From positions 186,001-225,432 of the forward strand of contig JAXLQJ010000007.1 of the NCBI GenBank assembly GCA_046331705.1: a stretch of DNA of 39,432 nt, in the 5' to 3' direction. Position numbers and translations under genes: made by a program. This stretch comes from a bacterium (lineage in GTDB: Bacteria > JADJOY01). Positions 1-8,225 of this stretch are shown piece by piece. A model generated the notes under the pieces. The model searched no databases, was not told the DNA's origin, and worked only from the letters and a program-made list of their open reading frames with translations. Each line of letters opens with the position of its first letter. Position 1 is the first letter of the stretch.

Positions 1-1083
1 GGCGCGCTGCTGCTGCACCACCCCGAAGCCGCCTCGAACCCATTCTTCGGATTGGTGCCCCGGGTGCTGCTGCTGCCGACGGTGGCGTTGTCGACGTTCG
101 CGACCGTGATCGCGTCGCAGGCGCTCATCACCGGGAGCTTCTCGCTCACGCAGCAAGCGATCCAGCTCGGCTACTGTCCGCGGCTGCAGATCGTCCACAC
201 CTCGGACGAGATGCGCGGGCAGATCTACATCCCGGCGGTCAACGGCGCGCTCGCCGTCGCGTGCGTGGCGTTGGTGCTGATCTTCCGCGAGTCGAGCCGC
301 TTGGCCGCCGCATACGGCATCGCGGTGACGGCAACGATGGGGATCACCTCGGTCCTCTACTTCGTGGTGGTGACGCGCAACTGGCGCTGGCCGCTGTGGA
401 AGGCGATCCCGCCGGTGGCGCTCTTCCTCGCTTTCGACGTGACGTACTTCGGCTCGAACTTGCTCAAGGTGGTCGACGGCGGCTGGGTACCGATCCTGAT
501 GGGCACGGTGCTGCTGGTGGCGATGACCGCGTGGAAGGAAGGCCGCGCCGAGCTCGGCAAGCGCATCAGCGACGGCTTGCTGCCCCTCGACCTGCTGCTC
601 GGCGAGATTCACCGCAAGGAGATCCACCGGGTCAAGGGAACGGCCGTGTTCCTGTCCTCGCTCAGCTCGGGAACCCCGCCCTCGCTGCTCCATCACCTCA
701 AGCACAATCAGGTGCTGCACGAGCAGGTGGTGCTGCTCACGATCCAGGTGGCCGACGTGCCCAAGGTGCGGGGGGATGCACGCCTCGAGCTCAAGGCGCT
801 CGGCGAAGGATTCTTCCGGCTCATCGCGCACTACGGCTTCATGGAGACGCCGAACGTCCCGGACATCGTCGAGCGCGCGGAGCGGCTGGGCTTGCGCACC
901 GAACCGATGCTCACCAGTTACTTCTTGAGCCGCGAGACGCTGCGTCCGAGCTCCATCGGACCGATGGCGCGCTGGCGCAAGGAGCTCTTCGCGCTGATCT
1001 CCCGCAACGCGCGACCGCCCTCCGACTTCTTCGGCCTCCCGCCTGGCCGCGTCATCGAGCTCGGACTCCAGATCGAGATCTGA
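1..1083 (+). CDS. kup: Kup (KUP/HAK/KT) potassium uptake protein, 5'-truncated by the window edge
   Basis: Frame is open from base 1 (GALLLHHPEAASNPFF). Kup motifs IASQALITGSFSLTQQAIQLG, HTS..MRGQIYIP, AAAYGIAVT, DGGWVP, HHLKHNQVLHE, YGFMETP and C-terminal VIELG. Confidence 0.96.
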   Translation, partial: GALLLHHPEAASNPFFGLVPRVLLLPTVALSTFATVIASQALITGSFSLTQQAIQLGYCPRLQIVHTSDEMRGQIYIPAVNGALAVACVALVLIFRESSRLAAAYGIAVTATMGITSVLYFVVVTRNWRWPLWKAIPPVALFLAFDVTYFGSNLLKVVDGGWVPILMGTVLLVAMTAWKEGRAELGKRISDGLLPLDLLLGEIHRKEIHRVKGTAVFLSSLSSGTPPSLLHHLKHNQVLHEQVVLLTIQVADVPKVRGDARLELKALGEGFFRLIAHYGFMETPNVPDIVERAERLGLRTEPMLTSYFLSRETLRPSSIGPMARWRKELFALISRNARPPSDFFGLPPGRVIELGLQIEI

Positions 1084-1132
1084 GGTCCCGACGCCCGACT
1101 CGACCGTCGCAGCGGTCGATCGCCGTCTACGC

Positions 1133-1161
1133 GTGACATCCGTCACTCGCGTTGCTATAAG
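1133..1161 (+). promoter_or_regulatory. Putative sigma70 promoter of the FadL-FadL-dehydrogenase operon, overlapped by a GTGA-N6-TCAC palindrome
   Basis: -35 GTGACA (1133-1138), 17-bp spacer, extended -10 TG-C-TATAAG (1156-1161). GTGACATCCGTCAC (1133-1146) is an inverted repeat. Confidence 0.55.
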
Positions 1162-1237
1162 GGCGCGCGCTTTCGCGATCCGTCGGCACGCGGCATCACG
1201 CTTCGACGATCGACAGCATCCTCTCGAGGCCGGCGGA

Positions 1238-2731
1238 ATGACCTCCGTGACTCCCTTCGTGCGTCGCCCCCAGTCACCGTTCGTCTCTTCTGCTCGCCGC
1301 GCCCGGCCGCGCACGTGCGCGCCGGCGCTGGCTCTGGGCTGCCTCTGCATCGTCGCGCTCTTGCCGTCCCGAAGCGCGTGGGCACAGACCGGTCCCTTCT
1401 TCAACGAGTTCGCGGCCACCGCGCGCAGCGGCGCGCTCGGCCAGGCGTTCACCGGGCTCGCGGACGACGCCTCCGCCGCTTATTACAACCCCGGCGGACT
1501 CGGCTTCGCGCCCGATCAGACCTACATCGGCTGGCACTACGCGAAGCCCCGGCTGAATCTCGACTACGTCGATCCGGCGCAGCCGGATGTCCACTTCGAC
1601 ATTCCGCCCACCCGCGGCCTCTCCGTCGGCGCCGCGAGCCCGCTGGCACCGCAAAGCGTGATCGACGAGTTTCCGTGGCTGGCAGCGCTGCGCTGGGGCG
1701 GGGCCGTGTTCCTGAGCCTGCCCGAGATCAACAGCTTCACGAGCTACGCCGACGACACGACACCCTACTTCTTCCGCTACGACACACGCCCCGACGTGAT
1801 CTCGCTCGCGATCTCGGCCGGCTGGCGCGTGTTCGACTGGCTCTCGATCGGCGCCGGAATCATGGGGACGGTGTCGAGCTTCCAGGAGACCGAGGCCAAC
1901 GTGCGGCTCCCGGAGCTGATCTGCGCGGTGATCGAGAATCCGCCGCCGCAATGCGTGTCCGACGAGCCCGACCCGACCAAAGGACTCGATCTCTCGCTCA
2001 AACAGCGCTTGCCGCTCGAGATGACGCCGTTGGTCGGAATCCTGGTGAAGCTGCCGACCCCGTTCCTCGCCGCGGACAGCTCGGTCGGCTTCTCGTGGCG
2101 AGGCGAGATCGGAAACGACTTCGGCACCGGCCCGGAGACCACGTCCTTCGGCTACCGCGATCCCGAGACCGGCCTCTTCGTGCCGCTGATCCCGAAGCCG
2201 GGTCAGGCGCCGCCCGTCATCCCGGTGATCAACTTCATCGGCTACTCACCGCAGCAATTCAACTTCGGCATCGCCGTCCATCCCACGAGCGATCTGACCC
2301 TCGACCTCGACGGAACGTACAAGCTCTGGGAGACGTTCCGGATGTTCCATCGCACCAAGCCGGATCCCGCGTTCGAGAATCGTTTCGTCCCGCGTGCCGG
2401 CGTCGAGTACCGCATTCCGTGGGTCGTGGAGCATTGGCTGCTCGGGCTGCGCGAGGTCGCGTTGCGCGCGGGCTACACCTACGAGCCCACTCCCAATCCT
2501 TCGCTCGGCGGACGAACCAACGTGCTCGACTCGAATCAACACGTCGTCTCCGGCGGCGTCGGCATCGGCACCCGATTCATCGAGGCGGCCAACCTGACGC
2601 TCGATCTCTTCTACCAGTACCACTTGCTCGCCGATCGATCGCGCACCAACGACGAGGACCCGGCGCACGGGCCGTACACGATCAGCGGCGACGTGTGGAG
2701 TGTCGGCATGGAGGGCAGCGTTGACTGGTGA
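1238..2731 (+). CDS. FadL/TodX/OMPP1-family outer-membrane hydrophobic-substrate channel (paralog 1)
   Basis: Signal peptide ending SAWA|QTG. Hatch motif GALGQAFTGLADDASAAYYNPGGL, amphipathic beta strands (RAGVEY, LRAGYTYEPTP) and C-terminal aromatic residue (W). Start moved from GTG1133 to ATG1238 because GAGG lies 8 nt upstream and the promoter overlaps 1133. Confidence 0.85.
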   Translation: MTSVTPFVRRPQSPFVSSARRARPRTCAPALALGCLCIVALLPSRSAWAQTGPFFNEFAATARSGALGQAFTGLADDASAAYYNPGGLGFAPDQTYIGWHYAKPRLNLDYVDPAQPDVHFDIPPTRGLSVGAASPLAPQSVIDEFPWLAALRWGGAVFLSLPEINSFTSYADDTTPYFFRYDTRPDVISLAISAGWRVFDWLSIGAGIMGTVSSFQETEANVRLPELICAVIENPPPQCVSDEPDPTKGLDLSLKQRLPLEMTPLVGILVKLPTPFLAADSSVGFSWRGEIGNDFGTGPETTSFGYRDPETGLFVPLIPKPGQAPPVIPVINFIGYSPQQFNFGIAVHPTSDLTLDLDGTYKLWETFRMFHRTKPDPAFENRFVPRAGVEYRIPWVVEHWLLGLREVALRAGYTYEPTPNPSLGGRTNVLDSNQHVVSGGVGIGTRFIEAANLTLDLFYQYHLLADRSRTNDEDPAHGPYTISGDVWSVGMEGSVDW

Positions 2732-4160
2732 GTCGCCCCGACGACCGCGGTTCGCGGCGTTGCTCGTCGCGGCGCTCGCCGTGTGCGCGGCGACCGCCGA
2801 GCACGCCCGTGCCCAGACGGGTATTCCCTTCGACGAGTACGGCGCCGGCGCACGCAGCTCCGCCATGGGGCAAGCGTTCACGGGGATCGCGGACGATCCC
2901 TCCGCCGCGTACTACAACCCCGCCGGGCTCGCGTGGGCACCGGTGCAAACCGCGCTCGGCTTCCGATACGTCAAGCCCAGCACCAGCTACTCGACGACCT
3001 GCAAGGTGGTTCGCTACGGGACGTGCCCGTCCTTCGGCATCACCGAGCCGGTGCCGCCCGCGGGAACCCAGCTGCCGATCGACATCGACTTCGACTCGCC
3101 GGCCCTGACGGCGCTCACGATCAACACGATCGCCGATCTCGATTACGACGCCGTCAACGCCAAGCTGCCGTGGCTCAAGCCGCTGACGTTCGGTGCCGCC
3201 GTGTTGCTCGCGCTGCCCGACCTGAACGCGTTCAGCAGCTACCCCGACATCGGCGAGCCCTACTTCTACCGGTACGACACCACACCCGACGTGCTCTCGC
3301 TCGCGCTCTCGTTCGCGTATGCGTTCGACGACTGGCTCGCGGTCGGCGCCGGCATCCTCCCCACGATCAACAGCCTTCAGTCCAACGTCACCAAGGTCAC
3401 GCTCAACGGCGAGGGTGTGCCCGTCGACCTCGGCATCTCGCAGACCGGGCGCGTCATGATCACGCCCATCGCCGGCATCCTCCTTCGCCCGCACGTCTTC
3501 GACCTCGAGCACCTCGTGACGGTGGGCTTCTCGTACCGCGGTCAGATCAAGAACGTGTTCGGCCAGGGGCCGACGCAGGTCATCTACGGCAGCGTCGGCG
3601 AGGACGGCGTGTTCCATCCCCTGCCACCGCTCAACGCCGAGGTGTTCAACGCCAGCGGGTTCGTCCCCGAGCAGTTCACGCTGGGAGTCGGCGTCACGCC
3701 GGCCGAGCGGCTCGTGCTGGGATTCGACGTCACGCACAAGCAGTGGAGCGCCTACCACTACTGGCTCGATCAGCCCCCGAAGCCCAACTTCGACAACGTC
3801 TTCGTCTACCGCGTGGGCGGCGAGTACACCTTCCCCCTCGACGAGGAAATGGCGCTCCCGGCGACGGTTCTCGACGCGCTCACCGTTCGGCTCGGCTACT
3901 ACTTCGAGCCGAGCCCGGAACCCGACGCGACCCTCGACGGTCGCCAGAACATCCTCGACAGCGATCAGCACGTGGTCTCGGCGGGACTCGGGATCGGCAC
4001 CCGCGTGATGAAGAAGTTCCAGATTCGCTACGATCTGCTGTTCCAGGCTCACCTCCTGAACGACCGCAGCACCGCCAACAGCGGCGATTCGCGCTTCGGC
4101 CCGCTCACGGCGAAGGGCACGGTGTACGACATCGGGGTCGAAGCGAACTTCGCGTTCTGA
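2721..4160 (+). CDS. FadL/TodX/OMPP1-family outer-membrane channel (paralog 2)
   Basis: TTG2721 follows GGAGGG and overlaps the stop of paralog 1. Signal peptide ending HARA|QTG, motif AMGQAFTGIADDPSAAYYNPAGL, RLGYYFEPSP, C-terminal beta-signal EANFAF. Confidence 0.88.
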   Translation: MTGESPRRPRFAALLVAALAVCAATAEHARAQTGIPFDEYGAGARSSAMGQAFTGIADDPSAAYYNPAGLAWAPVQTALGFRYVKPSTSYSTTCKVVRYGTCPSFGITEPVPPAGTQLPIDIDFDSPALTALTINTIADLDYDAVNAKLPWLKPLTFGAAVLLALPDLNAFSSYPDIGEPYFYRYDTTPDVLSLALSFAYAFDDWLAVGAGILPTINSLQSNVTKVTLNGEGVPVDLGISQTGRVMITPIAGILLRPHVFDLEHLVTVGFSYRGQIKNVFGQGPTQVIYGSVGEDGVFHPLPPLNAEVFNASGFVPEQFTLGVGVTPAERLVLGFDVTHKQWSAYHYWLDQPPKPNFDNVFVYRVGGEYTFPLDEEMALPATVLDALTVRLGYYFEPSPEPDATLDGRQNILDSDQHVVSAGLGIGTRVMKKFQIRYDLLFQAHLLNDRSTANSGDSRFGPLTAKGTVYDIGVEANFAF

Positions 4161-4173
4161 GCGAGCGGCGGCC

Positions 4174-5487
4174 ATGCCGCCGCGATCCCCCGTCCTCGTG
4201 AGCGAAGCTGCCGCGGTGCGATCGCCCACTCGCCCCTGCCGGCGCGGCGTGGCCGGCGCGATCGCGCGCGCGAGCCTGGCGCTGCTCGTCGCGTGCGCGG
4301 CGGCGTGCAGCTCGGGTTCCGCCCAGCCGGCGAACGGGAACACCTGCGGCGGCCAACCGTCCGTGCGCGGCGAACCCCCGCTCGGGCTCGAGCGAGTCGC
4401 CACCGGCTTCCACGATCCCGTCGACTTCCACGCGCTGCCCGGCTCGCCCGACCTCACCGTCCTGCTGCAGCGCGGCGGCACCATCGCCTTGCTCGAGAAC
4501 GGCGAGCCGCGAGCCGAGCCCTTCGGCGACCTGAGCGCGGCCATCACCCGCAACGCGGACTCCGGCCTCCTGGCGCTCGCCTTCCATCCACGTTTCCCCC
4601 GGGATCCGCGGGTCTTCGTTCGCTACTCCATCGACCACCCGTTGCAGACCGTGCTCGACGAGTTGCGCACGCTTCCCGGTGATCCGACGCGCCTCGACTC
4701 GAGCAGCGCGCGTCGCCTGGTGGCCATCGGCCGCGACACCCTCGGCCACGATGGCGGGAGCCTCGCATTCGGACCCGACGGGATGCTCTACCTCGGCGTC
4801 GGCGACGGTGGCCCCCTCGGCGATCCGGCGGGCAAGGCGCAGGATCCTCGGAAGCTATCCGGCAAGATCCTGCGCATCGACGTGGACCACGGCGACCCGT
4901 TCGGGATCCCCGCGGACAACCCATTCGTGGGCGTCGACGGCGCGCGTGCCGAGATCTGGGCACTGGGCCTGCGCAACCCGTGGCGCCTGAGCTTCGACCG
5001 CGCCACCGGTGATCTCTGGATCGCGGACGTGGGCGAGGATACTCGCGAGGAGATCGACCGAGTCGCGGCGGGCGATCCCGGGGGCCAGAACTTCGGCTGG
5101 AACCGCTTCGAGGGGACGCACTGCTTCGACGTCGAGGCGGGCTGCGACGCGACCGGCCTCGTGCCTCCCGTCCTCGAGTACGAGCATGTCGAGCCCGGCG
5201 GCGCGCCTCCGGGCGGGCCGTGCGCCGTGGTGGGGGGCTTCGCGTATCGCGGCTGCGCGATGCCCGACCTCGCGGGCACGTACTTCTACGGCGACTTCTG
5301 CGCCGGTTTCGTGCGCGGCTTCCGGCTCGGCGCGGACGGCGTCACCGACGAGCAGGATTTTTCGCCGATCTTTCGCGAGCAGGGGCTCGACTCGGTCGCG
5401 GCCTTCGGCGAGGACGCCCGCGGCGAGATCTACGTCCTCGACTACGTCGACGGCGACGTCTTCCGAATCGTCCCCGTCCCGGACTGA
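4174..5487 (+). CDS. PQQ-dependent glucose/sorbosone dehydrogenase-family (GSDH) beta-propeller lipoprotein
   Basis: Lipobox-like LVACAAA|CSSG. Motifs GLLALAFHPRF, HDGGSLAFGPDGMLYLGVGDGG, GKILRID, IPADNPF, GLRNPWRLSFD, FGEDARGEIY. True start may be slightly downstream. Confidence 0.88.
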   Translation: MPPRSPVLVSEAAAVRSPTRPCRRGVAGAIARASLALLVACAAACSSGSAQPANGNTCGGQPSVRGEPPLGLERVATGFHDPVDFHALPGSPDLTVLLQRGGTIALLENGEPRAEPFGDLSAAITRNADSGLLALAFHPRFPRDPRVFVRYSIDHPLQTVLDELRTLPGDPTRLDSSSARRLVAIGRDTLGHDGGSLAFGPDGMLYLGVGDGGPLGDPAGKAQDPRKLSGKILRIDVDHGDPFGIPADNPFVGVDGARAEIWALGLRNPWRLSFDRATGDLWIADVGEDTREEIDRVAAGDPGGQNFGWNRFEGTHCFDVEAGCDATGLVPPVLEYEHVEPGGAPPGGPCAVVGGFAYRGCAMPDLAGTYFYGDFCAGFVRGFRLGADGVTDEQDFSPIFREQGLDSVAAFGEDARGEIYVLDYVDGDVFRIVPVPD

Positions 5488-5498
5488 CGAGCCGCCCC

Positions 5499-6311
5499 TC
5501 AGCTCTTCTGGCGCGAGAAGAAGAGCCGCTTCGCGTTCGCGTACAGGAACTTCTCGATCACGCCGTCGCGCAGCTTGAGCTCGCGCGCCTCCGCCAAGCA
5601 GCGATCCATCGCCAGCACCGGATGGTCCGACGCGAAGAGGATCTTGTCCTGCCCGCGCGTGTTCATGAACTGGATCAGCTCGGGCGGGAAATACTTCGGC
5701 GCGTACGCCGAGGTCATCATGTGCAAGTTGGCGTACTTGAGCATCAGCCGGATCGCCACGTTCCACCACGGATCGGCGCCGTGCGCCATCACCAGCTTGA
5801 GCTCCGGGAAGAAGAGGCAAACCTCGTCGAGGTACATCGGGTCCTGGCATTTCCCCGGCGCGGGCGGTCCCGGAATGCCGGTGTTCACCGAGATCGGCAG
5901 ATCGAGCTCGATGCATTTGGCATAGACCGGGTAGTAGACGCGGTCGTCGGGCGGCAGGTTGATCATGAAGGGCGTGACGCGCGCCAGCACGAGGTTCTCG
6001 TTGCGAGCGAGGCTCTCGAGCACGCGCACGGCGCGCATGCCCTGACGCGGATCGAGGTACACCGAGAGCCCGAAGCGATCGGGATGCTTGCGCGCGAAAT
6101 CGAGCACCCGCTCCTCGAGGTTGTCGCCGACACAGGTGATGACCGCCTTCTCGACGCCGATCCGATCCATCAGCTCGAGCGTCTCGGGGATCTCCCAGTT
6201 CTTGAACATCTGCTCGGCGCGCTTGAAGTAGTCCTCGGCGACGCGCACCAGGAAGTCGGGCTTGCCGAGGGCGCCCATGTTCACGTTGACGAAGGCATCG
6301 ATCGCTTGCAT
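5499..6311 (-). CDS. Amidohydrolase_2-family protein (resembles mycobacterial Rv3510c-type proteins)
   Basis: PPDDRVYYPVYAKCIELDLP, FPELKLVMAHGADPW, TSAYAPK, KILFASDHP, FLYANAKRLF; AG-rich RBS. Confidence 0.85.
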   Translation of the reverse strand: MQAIDAFVNVNMGALGKPDFLVRVAEDYFKRAEQMFKNWEIPETLELMDRIGVEKAVITCVGDNLEERVLDFARKHPDRFGLSVYLDPRQGMRAVRVLESLARNENLVLARVTPFMINLPPDDRVYYPVYAKCIELDLPISVNTGIPGPPAPGKCQDPMYLDEVCLFFPELKLVMAHGADPWWNVAIRLMLKYANLHMMTSAYAPKYFPPELIQFMNTRGQDKILFASDHPVLAMDRCLAEARELKLRDGVIEKFLYANAKRLFFSRQKS

Positions 6312-6476
6312 CGGTGGGTCCTCTCTCTCAGGGATCGCCCCTCGGCGATCGGGTCTCGTGCTCGCAGTGACCGACGCGCGCTAGCTCGACCGCGCCGCGG
6401 TCCGACCGCGAGCGGCCTCGCCATCACCCGGACGAGGCTGCGCCGCGGTCGTCGGTGAACGCCCGCTCATCCCGAC

Positions 6477-7379
6477 TCACGGACTGACGGGCTCGGCCGG
6501 CGCGGCTCCCGCCAGCAGCTCGTTCACGATTGGCCCGAGCTCACTGGGATTCCAACGCGCCTTCTTGTCGCGAGTCGGGCCACGCCGCCAGCCGTCGGCG
6601 AGCGTGATTCGGCCGCCCGAGACCTCGAAGACACGCCCGGTCACGCGCGCCGACTCGCTGCTCCCCAGCCACACGACCAGCGGCGACATGTTCTCGGGCG
6701 CCAGGAAGTCGAAGGCACCGTCCGGGATCTGGACCTTCCCGAAGCCGATGCTCTCCGTCATGCGTGTCCGCGCCGTGGGTGCGATCGCGTTGACCGTGAT
6801 TCCGTAGCGGGACAGTTCCTTCGCGGCGATCACCGTGAAGGCGGCGATGCCCGCCTTCGCCGCGCCGTAATTGCTCTGCCCCGGATTGCCGAAGATCCCC
6901 GACACCGACGTGGTGTTCACGATCCGTGCGTCGACCTGCTCACCCGCCTTGGCGCGGTCGCGCCAGTGCTCGGCGGCGAAGTGCGCCGGGCCGAAGGTCC
7001 CCTTGAGGTGCACCCGGATGACGGCGTCCCACTCCGACTCGGACATGTTGACCAGCATCCGATCCCGCAGGATGCCGGCATTGTTCACCAGCACGTCCAC
7101 GCGGCCGAAGCGCTCCACGGTCGAGCGAATCAGATTCGCGGCGCCGTCCCAGCTCGCCACGTCGTCGCCGTTGACGACCGCCTCACCGCCCCCGGCGCGG
7201 ATCCGCTCCACCACCTCGCCCGCGGGCCCCGCCGACGCTCCCGCGCCGTCCACCTCGGCACCCAGGTCGTTCACGACGACCTTGGCGCCCTCGGCGGCGA
7301 ACATGAGCGCGTGCGCGCGACCGATCCCGCGGCCGGCACCGGTCACGATGACGACTCGCCCCTCGCAGATTCCCGGCAC
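6477..7379 (-). CDS. Short-chain dehydrogenase/reductase, Rv3548c-like (paralog of 37390-38295)
   Basis: TGAGRGIG, VVVNDLG, NNAGILRDRM, YGAAK catalytic motif; GGGAGG RBS upstream of GTG. Confidence 0.92.
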   Translation of the reverse strand: MPGICEGRVVIVTGAGRGIGRAHALMFAAEGAKVVVNDLGAEVDGAGASAGPAGEVVERIRAGGGEAVVNGDDVASWDGAANLIRSTVERFGRVDVLVNNAGILRDRMLVNMSESEWDAVIRVHLKGTFGPAHFAAEHWRDRAKAGEQVDARIVNTTSVSGIFGNPGQSNYGAAKAGIAAFTVIAAKELSRYGITVNAIAPTARTRMTESIGFGKVQIPDGAFDFLAPENMSPLVVWLGSSESARVTGRVFEVSGGRITLADGWRRGPTRDKKARWNPSELGPIVNELLAGAAPAEPVSP

Positions 7380-7409
7380 CCGAGCCTCCCCCGTTGGCAG
7401 CGCCGGGCG

Positions 7410-7438
7410 AGACTAGAACACGTTTCACTTCTCGACAA
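7410..7438 (-). promoter_or_regulatory. Sigma70 promoter of the SDR (probably also the amidohydrolase) with a KstR-like operator in the spacer/-10
   Basis: Minus strand reads TTGTCG-N17-TAGTCT. The operator core TGAAACGTGTTCTA (plus strand 7414-7427 TAGAACACGTTTCA) fits TnnAACnnGTTnnA. Confidence 0.75.
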
Positions 7439-7485
7439 GGCAGCGCACGCGCGCGCCCCGCGCGCCCCACCCCCGGCGCCGCGAC

Positions 7486-8178
7486 TCAGGAATAGCGGTC
7501 GTCGCGCCAGGGGAGCGCGGTCATCGAATAGCCGCGCTGCTCCCAGAATCCCGGGCGATCCCCGGCCATGAGCTCGATCCGCTGGATCCACTTGGCGCCC
7601 TTCCACGCATAGAGCTGCGGCGTGATCATGCGCACGGGACCGCCGTGCTCGCGCCTGAGCGGCTCGCCGTCGGCGCGATGCACCAGCAGCACGTCGGGCT
7701 TGAGCGCTTCCGCCAGCGAGACGTTGGTCGAGTACCCGTCGTAGGCGTGGCACATGGCGTGGGTGGCGGTCTCGAGAGGCCGCGCCAGCGCGATCACGTC
7801 GGCGAAACGCACTCCCACCCAGGGCACGTCCATGCGGGACCAGGTGGTGACGCAGTGGAAATCGCTCACGTCCTCGACCTGCTCGAGCGCCAGGAAGTCG
7901 TTCCACGAGAGCGTGACGGGCGCTTCCACGGCGCCATCGACCCGCAGCGCCCAGCGCTCGATCGGAATGGTTGGTTGCATGCCCAAGTCGAGCACGGGCC
8001 ACTTCTCGACCGCGTGCTGGCCCACCGGCAGCTGCGGCATGCCGTGCCGGTTGAGCGGGCCGCTGCCGAGCGGACTCGGATCGGCGAGCGACGGGGTCGC
8101 CCGCATGTGCTCCTCGAAACGAGCGCGCAGCTTCATGCGCGCCGCCACGATCTTGTCGAGCTTGGGATCGTCGCTCAT
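7486..8178 (-). CDS. Sulfite-oxidase-like molybdopterin-binding oxidoreductase (YuiH/MsrP-like, cytoplasmic)
   Basis: LPVGQ, WPVLDLG, DFHCVTTWS (Mo-ligand Cys), WVGV, YSTNVSL, EHGGPVR, YAWKGAKW, GFWEQRGY. Start ATG8178 follows GAGGAG. Confidence 0.9.
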   Translation of the reverse strand: MSDDPKLDKIVAARMKLRARFEEHMRATPSLADPSPLGSGPLNRHGMPQLPVGQHAVEKWPVLDLGMQPTIPIERWALRVDGAVEAPVTLSWNDFLALEQVEDVSDFHCVTTWSRMDVPWVGVRFADVIALARPLETATHAMCHAYDGYSTNVSLAEALKPDVLLVHRADGEPLRREHGGPVRMITPQLYAWKGAKWIQRIELMAGDRPGFWEQRGYSMTALPWRDDRYS

Positions 8179-8225
8179 CGGCTCCTCGCTCGGCTGACGC
8201 GGGCGGCTGGCTGTGGCCGCCCGAG

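Noticed and set aside
1100-1119. Short TCGACCG/CGGTCGA hairpins after kup and near 37365-37387 as a REP-like family
   Set aside because: Only 7-bp stems, arm order and loops differ between sites, and there is no U-tract. Insufficient for a repeat family or terminator call.
7411-7429. The 19-bp duplicate as a CRISPR repeat, att site or IS end
   Set aside because: Only two copies, 18.7 kb apart. No spacers, cas, integrase or transposase are present, and the enclosed DNA includes housekeeping sucAB-lpdA. Dyad symmetry and promoter position fit an operator better.
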